Source of the DNA: Epiperipatus broadwayi
Taxonomy: Eukaryota > Animalia > Onychophora
DNA length: 64,000 nt
Direction: 5' to 3'
NCBI GenBank assembly: GCA_028023455.1
Contig: JAQFVV010000007.1
Coordinates: forward strand, 1,302,001 to 1,366,000
Part shown: positions 24,122 through 35,699 of the stretch, piece by piece
Numbering within the stretch: position 1 is the first letter of the stretch
Layout of the letters: every line of letters begins with the position of its first letter
Made by a program: the position numbers and the translations under genes
Notes under the pieces: model-generated
Told to the model about the DNA's origin: nothing
Databases searched by the model: none
The model's input: only the letters and a program-made list of their open reading frames with translations

Positions 24122-26813
24122 AATTACTAACTTGTATTGTCTATTTGTGTGTTATTACTAACAAGTTGTTTGTATTTGAAAAGTTTAAATAAAGTTTAAA
24201 ATTTTCTATACATTCAATATTCACTCATAAATGATGGAAATAGTCCAACATATTACATCTTATAATATACCATCATTACAAACCTTCAGACAAATTTTCA
24301 TAATGCTTTCCAATGTGATAATTATGATTGGAATTCGCCCCTAACAGTATTTTGTTTTAGGCTTCAATCAAAAAAAGAAACTCCAGGCATCAAATTCTTC
24401 CTCAACAAAAAAAGTTTACTGAGAATAGTAATGGAATAATCATCATCACTGCCAATTATTATCGTGACATCCCAGAGTATGTCCCAGTGGTTTGATTTAT
24501 AAACTAGCATATGTATATGTGTGTTGAAGTTATAATGCTTGAACAAAGTTATAAAACCAACAAATTATCAAAACAATAATTGACAATTTATTAAAAAAAC
24601 ATATGCAAGTTTGTTATAGATATATACTAGTGGATTCTGCATATAGATGTAAAGATCGAACACATCATAATAATTAATGTCTTTTCAATTTTATGTCCAA
24701 GACCTTCCTAATATAATGTGAATACCTAACCAGTAAAAATCTTTAAAGTCATAAATCATGGTTTTTCAAATATCTATAGTTACAGTTGTCTTCATAAATT
24801 TACTTGATGAGTAGATTTCTTCTCCCACACTGGAGACATGAATTGTAGTTATAACAGCATGGTGACATATAGCATATAGAATATCAATAGGGGCCCATCA
24901 GTGATTTAGCAGCATAATACATCAATGTTATTTATTGGATTGGACTGCATACTTAGGATCTTCTGATGTTCTACTTGTTTTTGCCTAGCCTTGCATGGAG
25001 CATAATCCACTACTATAGGAAAACATTATCATTGCTTCTGCTATAGGCATTGCAATTTTAATTAACTGTAAAGTCTCTTCTCCCACACTGCTTATTTCAA
25101 TATAGCTTTAACGTACAGCAACAATCTAGCATCAAAATAGTGTTCTAATGGAAATCAGCAATGGAACAAATTCCACATTAAAACAAATGACTGCATAATG
25201 AGTGAATTTTAAAAGACACCTTTTTATACCTGTTATTTTTCTACCTTCTATGTCATTTGCCAGCAATTGAATCATAATGTAGATCATTCTCATATGTTTT
25301 CTTCAACTACCAGCAGTCGAATCATAATGTAGACCATTCTAAAATCTCAGCCCTGAGTAAAGTGTTCCATTATTCTCTTCAAAAACATGTGGGAGGAAAC
25401 AAACTTATATACAATATTTCAGGCTAACAATGGAGATATTTGTTCAACTGGTCAGCAAAAGTAAATTATGATTAATCAAAAATAATGGTAAAATCATTGT
25501 GTGTACAAGTTATACTCTCGAAAGCACTGCGCTAATATAGCATTTTTTGATATATACTAGCTTCATTATCTGTGCATACAGCACATATTTTATAACAAAA
25601 AAAAAAGATATAGCTGCTTGTTTTCTTTTTTTTAACCACCCTGTTCCAATACAGGAACATATAAAATTCTTCACCGATTTTATTTTATTAAATTCTAATT
25701 TCACAAATATCATTAATTCATAATTTTTAATCCTGGATTTGAATTCACCATTCAATTTACTATAACAAAAAACAAGACTTTATTTATAAATTGATTCAGA
25801 ACAGGTAAAACCACAAAGATCTCAAAATGCCTTGAAATTTTGTAAACTACACATTTTAAAATTGATTCATGATCACAAGCATTTTGTTTTTCTCATTTTT
25901 ACAGTCTCATTTATTATTGTTTCTATTCAGTAAGTAATGATAACATTCTGCATAAATTACCACAAAAATTTAATACTATTAAAATGTCTATTAATAATTT
26001 TTCTTTTAGTCTCGTGGCAATTTCTTTACAGTATATACATGCATACACACTCACACATACACTGTTATTCAAATCTTTATCAATTAATTAATTCATTGCC
26101 TTTCACAATAAACCATAAATATTTAGTAATATTGACAAATCCATAAATCAGTTTTTGTTTTTTATGTAGTTTATTCCAATGGCACCTAATAAAGGCATTT
26201 TGTACCTTTTTTATATTTTTTCTTTTTATGCTGCTTCAATCTAATTAATGTGGGCTGCACACAGTATGATATGATTATAATATATATATGTCTGTGTTGA
26301 AAAATTAATGTACCCCTACAGAACAATACAACAATCAAACATATTCTAAAGAAAACAAAATGTGAGCTAAGAGGCTTAAAATGAAATAGATATCACAGCT
26401 CCATATTCCAGAGCCATTTACTTGTGAACCTCCAATAATCAATGGATACCTGATGATAGCATTGCTACAACTAGTTTCTGGTTTAAGGTCTTTATCACTG
26501 AATATAATAAATAACACCCATAGATAATATGTTAAATTGGAGAAAAATATAGCATTCTCTTCAACTATATTTATTACTACATTAATTCACAGAAAATAAA
26601 ATTAATACATAAACTGATAAAAACAAAAAAGGAAAATTTATTTCCATCATTTCTTATTTCTTTTATTTAATTTGTTGGAATATAATTCCAATTATAATTT
26701 AAATGTTCAACAATGTGAGATAATAACAAATCGTTTTGGGAAAAAAATTTTTTTCTTTTAATAAAAATAAAACAGGAAACAGTTTTCTTTTTAATTGACA
26801 AGGCATATTTATT

Positions 26814-26959
26814 TTAAAAACGAGGTGGAGGTGGTGGTGGAGGAGGAGGGGGTGGAGGAGGAGGTGGTCCAGCTCTAACTGGTGGTGGAGGTCGTATTGC
26901 TGTTGCTCTTGGTAATGGCGACCGTAAAGTATGTGGTGGAGGTGGCGGTGGTGCTCTAG
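26814..26959 (-). CDS. Terminal coding exon of an unidentified proline-rich protein: (A)RAPPPPPPHTLRSPLPRATAIRPPPPVRAG(P)15-ish RF*
   Basis: Long poly-T tract plus AG acceptor at 26961-26960; phase 1 matches the upstream exon. Proline codons vary (not a simple repeat). TAA at 26816-26814 is followed directly by AATAAA. Confidence 0.85.
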
Positions 26960-27653
26960 CTAAAAAAAAAAAAAAAATCAAATTAATGCATGTTTTAATA
27001 TATATATAACTATTGTACCTCTTTTTCAATATAATTAAGAAGCCTTATTAAAAATACTCCAAACATAGGAACATTTACAATTTCCTACTTTGACAGATAA
27101 CATTTCAGTTCAATATCAGGTGTCTGATGAGAAACTAGTTTGTACTAAACAATCAAGAAGCTTCATAAAACTTTTTATTATCTCATATAAAACAAGTAAT
27201 ATTTATATATATAAATATTTTTTATTGTATATAATTCCCAGAATACCAATTTGTTTATTTTAAATGAATATTTTATAAAAGTATATACAAAATAATAGTA
27301 TCATAAAAACAACCATAATAGAATAAAATAGAATTTCAAGTTGCTATATATCACACATTACTTAAAAACTTAGATCAATAGAAGCTCTTCAATTTATTAT
27401 TAGTATTTAACTATTTAAATAATCATATTCTACAATTTTTATCAAGGTTAAAATGAAAAATAAAGCAATTATCTATATTTTGCATACATTAAATATTACT
27501 GAGAGAAATATTTCTGTTACATTCAAGTTTACTCTTTTCTAGTGGCTTTCTAATCTTTCATATATTTTTCACCATAAATCAGAAAAGAAATTGCCTCACA
27601 GATAATATATGAAAAGTTGTTAAAAAGATTTCAATTACCAATAACTCACAATA

Positions 27654-27997
27654 GATCACCATTTCTTATGCGTGCTCATAACTGTTATTAAAACAGGCAA
27701 AACTATCCATACAGTAGTGCCTCTCAGTGCAAGGCAGAGTAATCAATGGATGCTAGAAGTCTTGTGCATAAAATCCCTACCTAGTGCCTACTCATCCAAT
27801 ATCCCCAGACTAGTTGCATCAGATCCTAAGATCTAGGTGCAGTGCTCTCAGATCCAAGGCTCCTCACCGACAACGGCCACAAGCCAGAAACTAGTCTGGG
27901 GATATTGGATTTTATGCACAAACTTTCTGGCATCCATTGATTCCTCTGGCTTGCACTGAGTGGCACTACTGTATGGAGAGTTTTGCTTGTGTTTTAA
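27654..27997. mobile_element. Fold-back repeat (family A) with about 130-bp inverted arms and a degenerate hammerhead at 27861-27902 (+)
   Basis: ...catacagtagtgcc...ccaatatccccagactagtt is mirrored by aactagtctggggatattgg...ggcactactgtatggagag. Core reads tcctca CCGACAA cggccacaagcca GAAAC ta GTC tgggga. Confidence 0.8.
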
Positions 27998-29736
27998 TTC
28001 ACAAAAGACTTTTATGAACCAAGACCCCTATCACAATCAAGATTATGCAAACAAAGAATTGTGACATTAAAAATTGATTTCTTATGAGATTCCAAATAAA
28101 TTAATTTCCCCAATTTTGACAATAAAAAAGTCAGATTTGATTTTCATAGATATTAGTGAAGTCTCTCAGAGATTTCAGCAACACCCATGAGTCATTGCAC
28201 TCATTTATTTCATATATGGAATTTAACAGTCATTGATTTATAAAAATGTAGGCAAACACAAATTAAAAACTACATAATTAATGCTTATTAAATCTGTGAT
28301 TATAAGGGCGGAATTTAATAATTTAATAAAACCTCTGGTGAATCTATCTCCTGGATGGAATTTCTTTTATGACATTCTGTTATTAATGAAGCTGTCTTTT
28401 AAAAAAAAAAAACATCTGTGTACTAAATAAGTAAAAATAAATTTCAGAGAAGAAACAATCAAATAACTCACTCACTTAAAATACAAGTAAAAGATACAAT
28501 TTTGTAATTTATCATTTTAAAGATATTGAATGTCCATATGTTTGTTCTTACACAAGATCTTGATAGCTATTCTACAAACTGGTGAACTTCTTCAAGCCTT
28601 AATGTAAAAACACCAAAAGTTATCTAATGTATGCATGATGGCATAATTACTTCCTGGGATGCTAATATATATATATCAATAATATCAAAAGAAAAAAAAA
28701 ACATTTAAAAAAAAGTGACACATTAATTTGTTGTTTGTTCTTAATCGAAGATGCTACTATAAAAATCAGAATAAAAAATTGTCCCTCTCTATCATATATA
28801 TCCATTTGGATGATTCAAAAAAGCAAACAGACTGTAAATATTAGAAGGCAGTATGGACTAAGTAGAAATAGCACACATTACTAAAAAAAAATTTTATAGT
28901 ACAAATTACTACTGTAGTCAGTCAATGAAATAGTGAGATTCCCATATTTCAAAAAAACAAAAAGTGCATGCAGTTAACGCATTACTGAAATAACTAAAAT
29001 ACACAGTACCAGATTTGACAGAATCTATTAAATTTAACTAGAACCCATAATACTATTAAAGATTTAAATATGGCACATCACTTCTATCTTTTAGTAACCA
29101 TGTTAATCAATGTTGTGATGATAGTCTACATAAAAATCTCAACAGAAATTAAATGATGGCATTTACTATCTTAATCTTTGTTTTAAAATGGAAATTCTCA
29201 AGTCAAGTGCAGTTAGTTTTTGCTGAAACTTCATTACATTAAATAATTGGACTTATTTCTTATTTATCAAAAATAAAAATTCCTAACATTTTTCTGAGTT
29301 TAAAGAAATGATTAATTCCTGAACAATTTAGCAGAAGAGACAGCAAAACATTTAGGGAATCTTAAACTTTAATAATGAATAACTTCATCATATTGAACAA
29401 AATATGGCAGGCCCAATCTAGTTAGCTGATTTTCAAGTTTGCTGATACTGATGATACAATATATAGTACAAGAAACAACTATATATCCAAATAACAATGA
29501 AAATGCTAATAACTAGAGGTAAAAAATTAGAATGATTTGCACTTCACTAAGGAATTTGCTTTTCCTATACTACTACTAATAAATAGCTACTCAAAAGTGA
29601 GTATGGTCATTCTAATTCAAAAAAAGGAAAAAAAAAAAAAACAACTCCAGAAATGAGTTTTGCAATGACTATACAAACTAATCTGTGAATCACAAATACA
29701 ATCATATATAGCAAATTCCGGTCCATTCTTCTGTTT

Positions 29737-30078
29737 GAAAATCAGATATATTAATCTTTAACTTGGATTAAAGTTTATATATGTGCTAGAGAAAATCTCT
29801 AGTTTAATAAATGATTAGTAATAATCATTACGTGTTTATCAAAAAGTTGATAACATAAAAGTTGGAAGTGGAGTAAATTGACACTTGAAAATAAAAATGA
29901 GACAATTTGCTCTACATACTCTTCATGTAATAAAGATATATATGAGAGATAATGATCTGGCCCAACTGATGAGTGCTATTCAGCACGAAATGTATCTTGG
30001 GGGTTATTTGTCTTTTATTGTATCTTTATTTATATGAAATTATTTATGAAATAAAAACGAATGGAGAAATATGGAAGT
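29737..30078 (+). mobile_element. Hammerhead-bearing non-autonomous retroelement (family B, retrozyme-like), partial unit
   Basis: Collinear high similarity to 50817-51146. Confidence 0.8.
29961..30001 (+). ncRNA. Minimal type I hammerhead ribozyme with intact core
   Basis: cccaa CTGATGA gtgct attc agcac GAAA tgt ATC ttggg: 5-bp stem I, 5-bp stem II, triplet ATC. Confidence 0.9.
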
Positions 30079-30089
30079 ATCTATACTTG

Positions 30090-31200
30090 ATATTTTATGA
30101 TGCTGTCTTTGTTTCCTCAGAAGAAAACTTTTCTTTCTGAAAAAAATTCAACACCATGTCTGCCATATCTTCATAATAGAAACAACTGACACCATACTTC
30201 TTTAGAATATTTTTGAGATAATCCTTATTACATAGATAGGGCTACTTCTCCTATAATAGCCATTTTCAAGTTCACCATAAGTATCCTTTTAAGAAGTCTT
30301 CCATTGTTCATTCATTTTACATGTTCAATACAATGAAGGTGTGATTTTACAATAATAAACTCAATAGTATCACATCTAACAAGCTGAAGAAAATATTAGT
30401 TTTATGATGCTGTCATTGTATTTTTAAAATTTTACAGAATATCCTTCAATGAAATTGTTCTAATGCTTTTATATTATGCCAATAAGATATCCAAGTTTTA
30501 CATCCATACAATAAATTAGATAAAATAATAGTCCTATATATAACTAACTTAGAGTTGTAGTAGTTATTTCCTTATGAAGAAATACTTAAACTTATTAAAA
30601 GCAATAGCAGCACATTGGAGTCTTTATTGGATATTCACATCTATGTCCACCTTTGTACTCATAAAACTACCTAACTGGTTTACATTTTCAAGTTGATAAC
30701 CATCCAAGATAAATGTTGCTGAAGATTTTTCTTCCATCACTGATGAAAAAAAACTTTTAAATTTTATGAACATTAATTAATAAACCGAGATCTTTATAAG
30801 TAATATTCAAAACCTTATGAACATTTTGTAAATTGTCTTTTGAACTGGCAAGAATAGCACAATCATCAGCATACTGTAAATTCATAACCCAAGATGAAGT
30901 TCTTGTTTTTGCTTTTAATCGATTCAAATTAAAAATTCTACTGTCAAATCGGTATTGTATCTTGATACCTGTCTGATCAAGCCGCTTATAAACAATTCCA
31001 GAGACCACTAACATAAAAATTAAAAACAATGTTGTACATATCCTTATTTGATACTTGTTTTCATTTCAAATGCCTCAAATTCTTCACCTGTTTTTAATTT
31101 CTTTGTACTCTTAACATACAACTTTCTAAACTTCATGATCTAGTCTCTATATTGCTCTTTTGTTAAGTGTTTAAGTTTCAGATCCTTAAGTAAGGACTGA
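30090..31200 (-). mobile_element. RTE-clade LINE remnant (RT C-terminal half); boundaries approximate
   Basis: FEAFEMKTSIK*G, YRFDSRIFNLNRLKAKT...LQYADDCAIL (30757-31029), CKTWISY..IKALEQFH and YGELENG, all RTE/BovB-like motifs. Confidence 0.85.
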
Positions 31201-33451
31201 CAAAACACAACTATTAAAAACCTTTCTTTTCAAGCACACAGGTATACTTTTTTTAACATTAGGTTATTTCTATCAAAAACACAAGTTTAATTCTATTATT
31301 AATTTCATACATTATGTCTCCATCTGCATTAACAATCTGATCAAGATATTTGTAGTCGTTAACGTCTAATTCATCATTATCAATCATTATTTTCTTTTTT
31401 TATAACCTTAAATAAAAGTAAGAGACATCCATAAATTAATTAATTCAAGTTTTGTGATCAAAGTAAATACTCTACTATTGCTTAAATTAATTAATTTATG
31501 GATAATCCATGCTTTTACGTAAAGTTATGTATAAGAACCAAAATAGCGGTCTAAGATTTTTTTGTTTTTGCTTTTTAATGCATTAAGTCCTTCAATTAAA
31601 TAAAGTATTGTTAAGAATATATATATTATTTTTTTATAACTAAACCTAATTGTTATCACTGTCAGTCATGATCTACTTTGGAGTCTGCTATATTATTTTC
31701 AATTGCACTTAAAATAATAAAGGTCTTCCACAAACAAAATGCTTATAAAAACACACCATTACTCATCTTATAAGAAACACTATTTTGCAATCATATGTGA
31801 AACTCATGTATTAACTAAAACATCTAAGAAAATCTTTTCATTTTCACAGTCTCTCCTATTTTGAGCATAGAATTTTGAAACTAGTTTTCAATAATAAAAA
31901 GTGCTATACAAATATTGTGCAGAATGCTTCTATAAAGACATTTTTGTAAAATACTTTTATTAGTCAACTTTTTAAATACTGACATCAATTTTCTTTTAAC
32001 TATGTGGAGCTGCCATAATACTTAGCTTCTCAATGATATATTACTTACTTCATTACCTTTATTAATTTTATTTTGATCAAAATGACTTGATAAAATTGTC
32101 AGTGAATAAATCATATAGTAATTTCCATTTTACAACTACATTATTTATGTTGTATTTCAAAACGTAGAGTTTCACTCATGTTTATGAATGATGTAAGCCT
32201 AAATATGACATACTAGAATAAATGTTTTGTTCAATGAAAAACAAATGATGATGATAATAATGTTTATCAATAGTTCTGATAATACCTTAAACACAGATTG
32301 CTAAAGATCTTAAACAAAGTTAATACAAGAAATATTTGTAATAAATTACACAGGAATTAAAAACTATTTGTGATTTCAGAAATATTCAACATTTTATAAA
32401 CTATTCTTAGTCAATAAAAAAATGACTGACTATTTTAAGTATTATTTTCATTTACAATTAAACTTTTTGGCATCTTATTTTATAATTAAGTATTTACATT
32501 ATATAATTAAACTTATTGTAATATTGGAATTTACATCTTTGATTTATTGTATTGTTAATTGCTTGAAAATTCATGTGACATTGGAAATTGCAGTCTTAGG
32601 TTGACCAAATACATTCCATTCAACACATTATGCACATGGAAATCAATTCTGGAATACTACCATTGCAATAGACATGACTTTCATTTGCATTAAGACATTC
32701 AATATTTTCTGTTTCTGACATTTAAATTAAAAATAACACTTCTGATGATAAAACTCTTTAACTTTTGTTGTAAATTAATCTAGATTTTAATCAGTATGAA
32801 AATGAATTTAAATGGCAAAAACTTCTTTGCAGCCAAGGCAAGCCACCAGAGGATGCCATGGGTTCATGGCATCCAGGCTATAAGTTATGATACCCAAGTT
32901 CAGTAACATGACAAAGATTTTGATTGCTGTAACCTCAAAAAATAATCTTTGCCTATTTAAGTTCATGAAATAGTGAGTCATGAAAAGATTTAATATTTAT
33001 TATATAATGCCTAAATAAAAACTTTTTAAAACATGGCTTAAAACATTTTTAAAACAAATAATATAATATCCTCCCCTTTCCCTATCCAAATATACAAACA
33101 ATCAGATTCTTTTTAACTCAAGAATTATTACAATAAACATTTCATCTATTTTTACTTTTTTTTCACAAATATAAACCAATAAAAAAAACTAAACACTTTT
33201 TTCTTTTGAAATAGAAAAACCAAAGTAAATAAAGAGATACTTTGGTGGCGACTTTTACTGTTCTATTGCAAAACAAGTTATAGAAGTACAAATTTGAAAA
33301 TTAATAATTTCTTTCATATATTTAAATATTTTACATTATATTTGCTAAGTTTTAAATAATTTAATATAAATAAAAAATTGTTTTCAGCTACTTTTTAATT
33401 AACTTAATGATATATAAAAGAAAAATTCAAATAATTAAACCACTAAATATG

Positions 33452-33962
33452 ACATGATCACCATTTCTTATGCTTGCTCATAACTGTTATTAAAACAGGC
33501 AAAATTCTCCATACAGTAGTGCCACTCAGTGCATGTCCGAGTAATCAATGGATGCCAGAAGGCTTGTGCATAAAATCCCTATCTAGTGCCTACTCATCCA
33601 ATATCCCCCAAATATATGAAAATGTATGGGTACTGTACTGAGTTCAGATCTATATGACTATATAAGCTAATGAGCTTGGATTGAAAATATTATTGTGTTT
33701 TCAATTTTATTCTCATAGTTTTGTAGTTAAATAGAGATAAAAGGTGATTTCTGGAGGGTTGCATTAGATCCTAAGATCTAGGTGCACTGCTCTCAGATCC
33801 AAGGCTCCTACTGACAAAGGCCACAAGTCAGAAACTAGTATGGCGATATTGGATGAGTAGGCACTAGATAGGGATTTTACACACAAGCCTTCTGGCATCC
33901 ATTGATTACTCTGGCTTACACTGAGTGGCACTACTGTATGGAGAGTTTTGCTTGTTTTAATT
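33452..33962. mobile_element. Family A repeat: inverted copy (33452-33610) plus direct copy (33757-33962) with a degenerate hammerhead at about 33805-33846
   Basis: Homologous to 27654-27997. Core reads ctccta CTGACAA aggccacaagtca GAAAC ta GTA tggcga. Confidence 0.8.
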
Positions 33963-34896
33963 CAAATAATAATGAGTGATTCTATTGAATATAATAACTT
34001 ATGATCATTTTCAACCATTATAGATCCATTGCAAAATAAAGATATCTCTGAGTTTAAACTAGTCACAATAATCCAGTCTCTCTTTTCCACATCATACAAA
34101 TAAATGATTTTTTCCATTTCACAGATGATTTCTTTTTGGGTCTTTTACAACATTTTAGATCTACTTTGAAACTCCAACTATTTACAAGTTATTCTATTCT
34201 ATTCTAGAAATTGTCCAGCCCAGCTCTATTCCAGTCTTTTAATTATTTTAATGATATATCTGTTTGCTAGTTTAAATGTACATCATTCTATAGTTTGTTG
34301 TGTGATCTGAAGCATCTATATTGCTTTTCTGTTTATATAAAAACTGGCAAAATATATTTATAAAAAAAACTTCTTTTTCAAACATATTCAAAGCATTCCA
34401 TTCAAGTTTAATCCTATGAATAATTATTTATATCCATTATGTTTCCATTACTATTAAAAATTTGACCAGTTATTAATTCCTTCTAATTCATAATTTTCAA
34501 TCATTTTCTTCTACTGAGAAAATCCATTGAATATTATTTTAGTCTTTCTGCAACTTTCCTGAAGCTTATTTTAAGCCACAAAATACTTGTTATAAAAATG
34601 TATATCCATATCAATGTTGATCTTAATGTTTTGAACCTATGTCTTAGTGGGCTAAAGCTTTAATCACTGAGGAAATACTTTTTTATAATCTATAAATCCA
34701 TAGCAAAATGTTAATTCATACTTATTGGTCTTTTTTATAATTAAACTCAATATTGGATTGTGATCTTTGTGCTAAACCATTTTTTAAATATAGTTTTATG
34801 CTTTTGGTTGATTGAAGTCAAAAATTTACTATAGATAAGGTGTATTTATCTTGGTAAAGATGTTGCATAGACATGACAGAAAACTATTAGATCTTA

Positions 34897-35121
34897 TTAT
34901 ATAATGAGCTTTCAAATAGCTCTTAACAAGCTTTTCAGAATACTTTTCCAATCTCAGACTGGTTTCTGCTATTGGCTTTCTCAGTGAGCTGCTAGGATAT
35001 TCAAATATCCAATGCTTGATTATCCTAGCAACTCACCGAAGAAGCCAGTAGCAGAAACCGGTCTGAGGTTGGGGGTATTCTGAAAAGCTTGTTAAGAGCT
35101 ATTCGCAAGCTCATTATATAA
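34897..35121. repeat. 225-bp palindrome (about 100-bp arms, 21-nt loop), each arm carrying a hammerhead-like core (family C)
   Basis: The left arm ttatataatgagc...gctaggata is mirrored by tatcctagc...gctcattatataa. Right arm (+) 35032-35067: ctca CCGAAGA agccagtagca GAAAC cg GTC tgag. Left arm (-) 34953-34988: ctca CTGAGAA agccaatagca GAAAC ca GTC tgag. Confidence 0.85.
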
Positions 35122-35149
35122 CATTTGTAATACAAGTTTATTAAATTAG

Positions 35150-35450
35150 GTCATGTGACATATGACTTGATTTCTCTGTAACTGATAGATCTGTAATTTC
35201 TAATATTTTCTTCATTGTCTTTCTTAAATATCTATATCACAACTGCATTCTATCAATCATCTGGTATATATTTATCATTTATACAATTAACATAATTTTG
35301 CCAACAATTTTTTTTTATTTTTTCACCTGCTACTTTTAAGAGTTCAATTAATAATAATTCTATCATTTACTGAAGATTTTTCTTTTTTTAGATTTAATTG
35401 CATGTTTCATTTCATTTAAAATCTTTATAATTCAGATGTTGTAATTATAA
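35150..35450 (-). mobile_element. LINE (RTE-like) RT N-terminal remnant
   Basis: Minus-strand fragments EMKHAIKS, IELLKVAGE, YIPDD*.NAVVI.IFKKDN.ENIRNYRSIS. Confidence 0.55.
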
Positions 35451-35699
35451 AGATCACTTTGTTTATTCATCTTTATTATTCTCTAATTCTTTATAAAAGT
35501 CTTACAAATGTTTCATGGCTTTTTTTAGTAATAATTCTGTTTTTGTTTTTTTTATTGCTAAAACAAGTTTATTTCCAATATGAAAATATTTTATACTTTT
35601 GACATTTTTATTCTTACTTATAGATTTCCTTCCCAATTCATCATTATATTTTCTTATATTAGTATTAATTCTTTAGTCTCAATATTGCTGAATTCTAGA

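Larger units (their letters stand above)
18664..24294 (+). mobile_element. Head-to-tail dimer of a young Penelope/Poseidon-type PLE: partial pLTR - ORF - pLTR - ORF - pLTR
   Basis: Two near-identical ORF copies. The pLTR is complete at 21121-21549 and 23848-24294 and 5'-truncated at 18664. An 8-bp direct repeat ttttcata flanks the whole array (18656-18663, 24295-24302). Confidence 0.95.

Noticed and set aside
27118-27150. ctgatga-gaaactagtt hammerhead-like motif
   Set aside because: There is no stem II between the core strands and no stem I pairing.
31600-32200. Possible further PLE remnant (minus-strand FLDVLV near 31820)
   Set aside because: A single short motif with no other supporting RT blocks.
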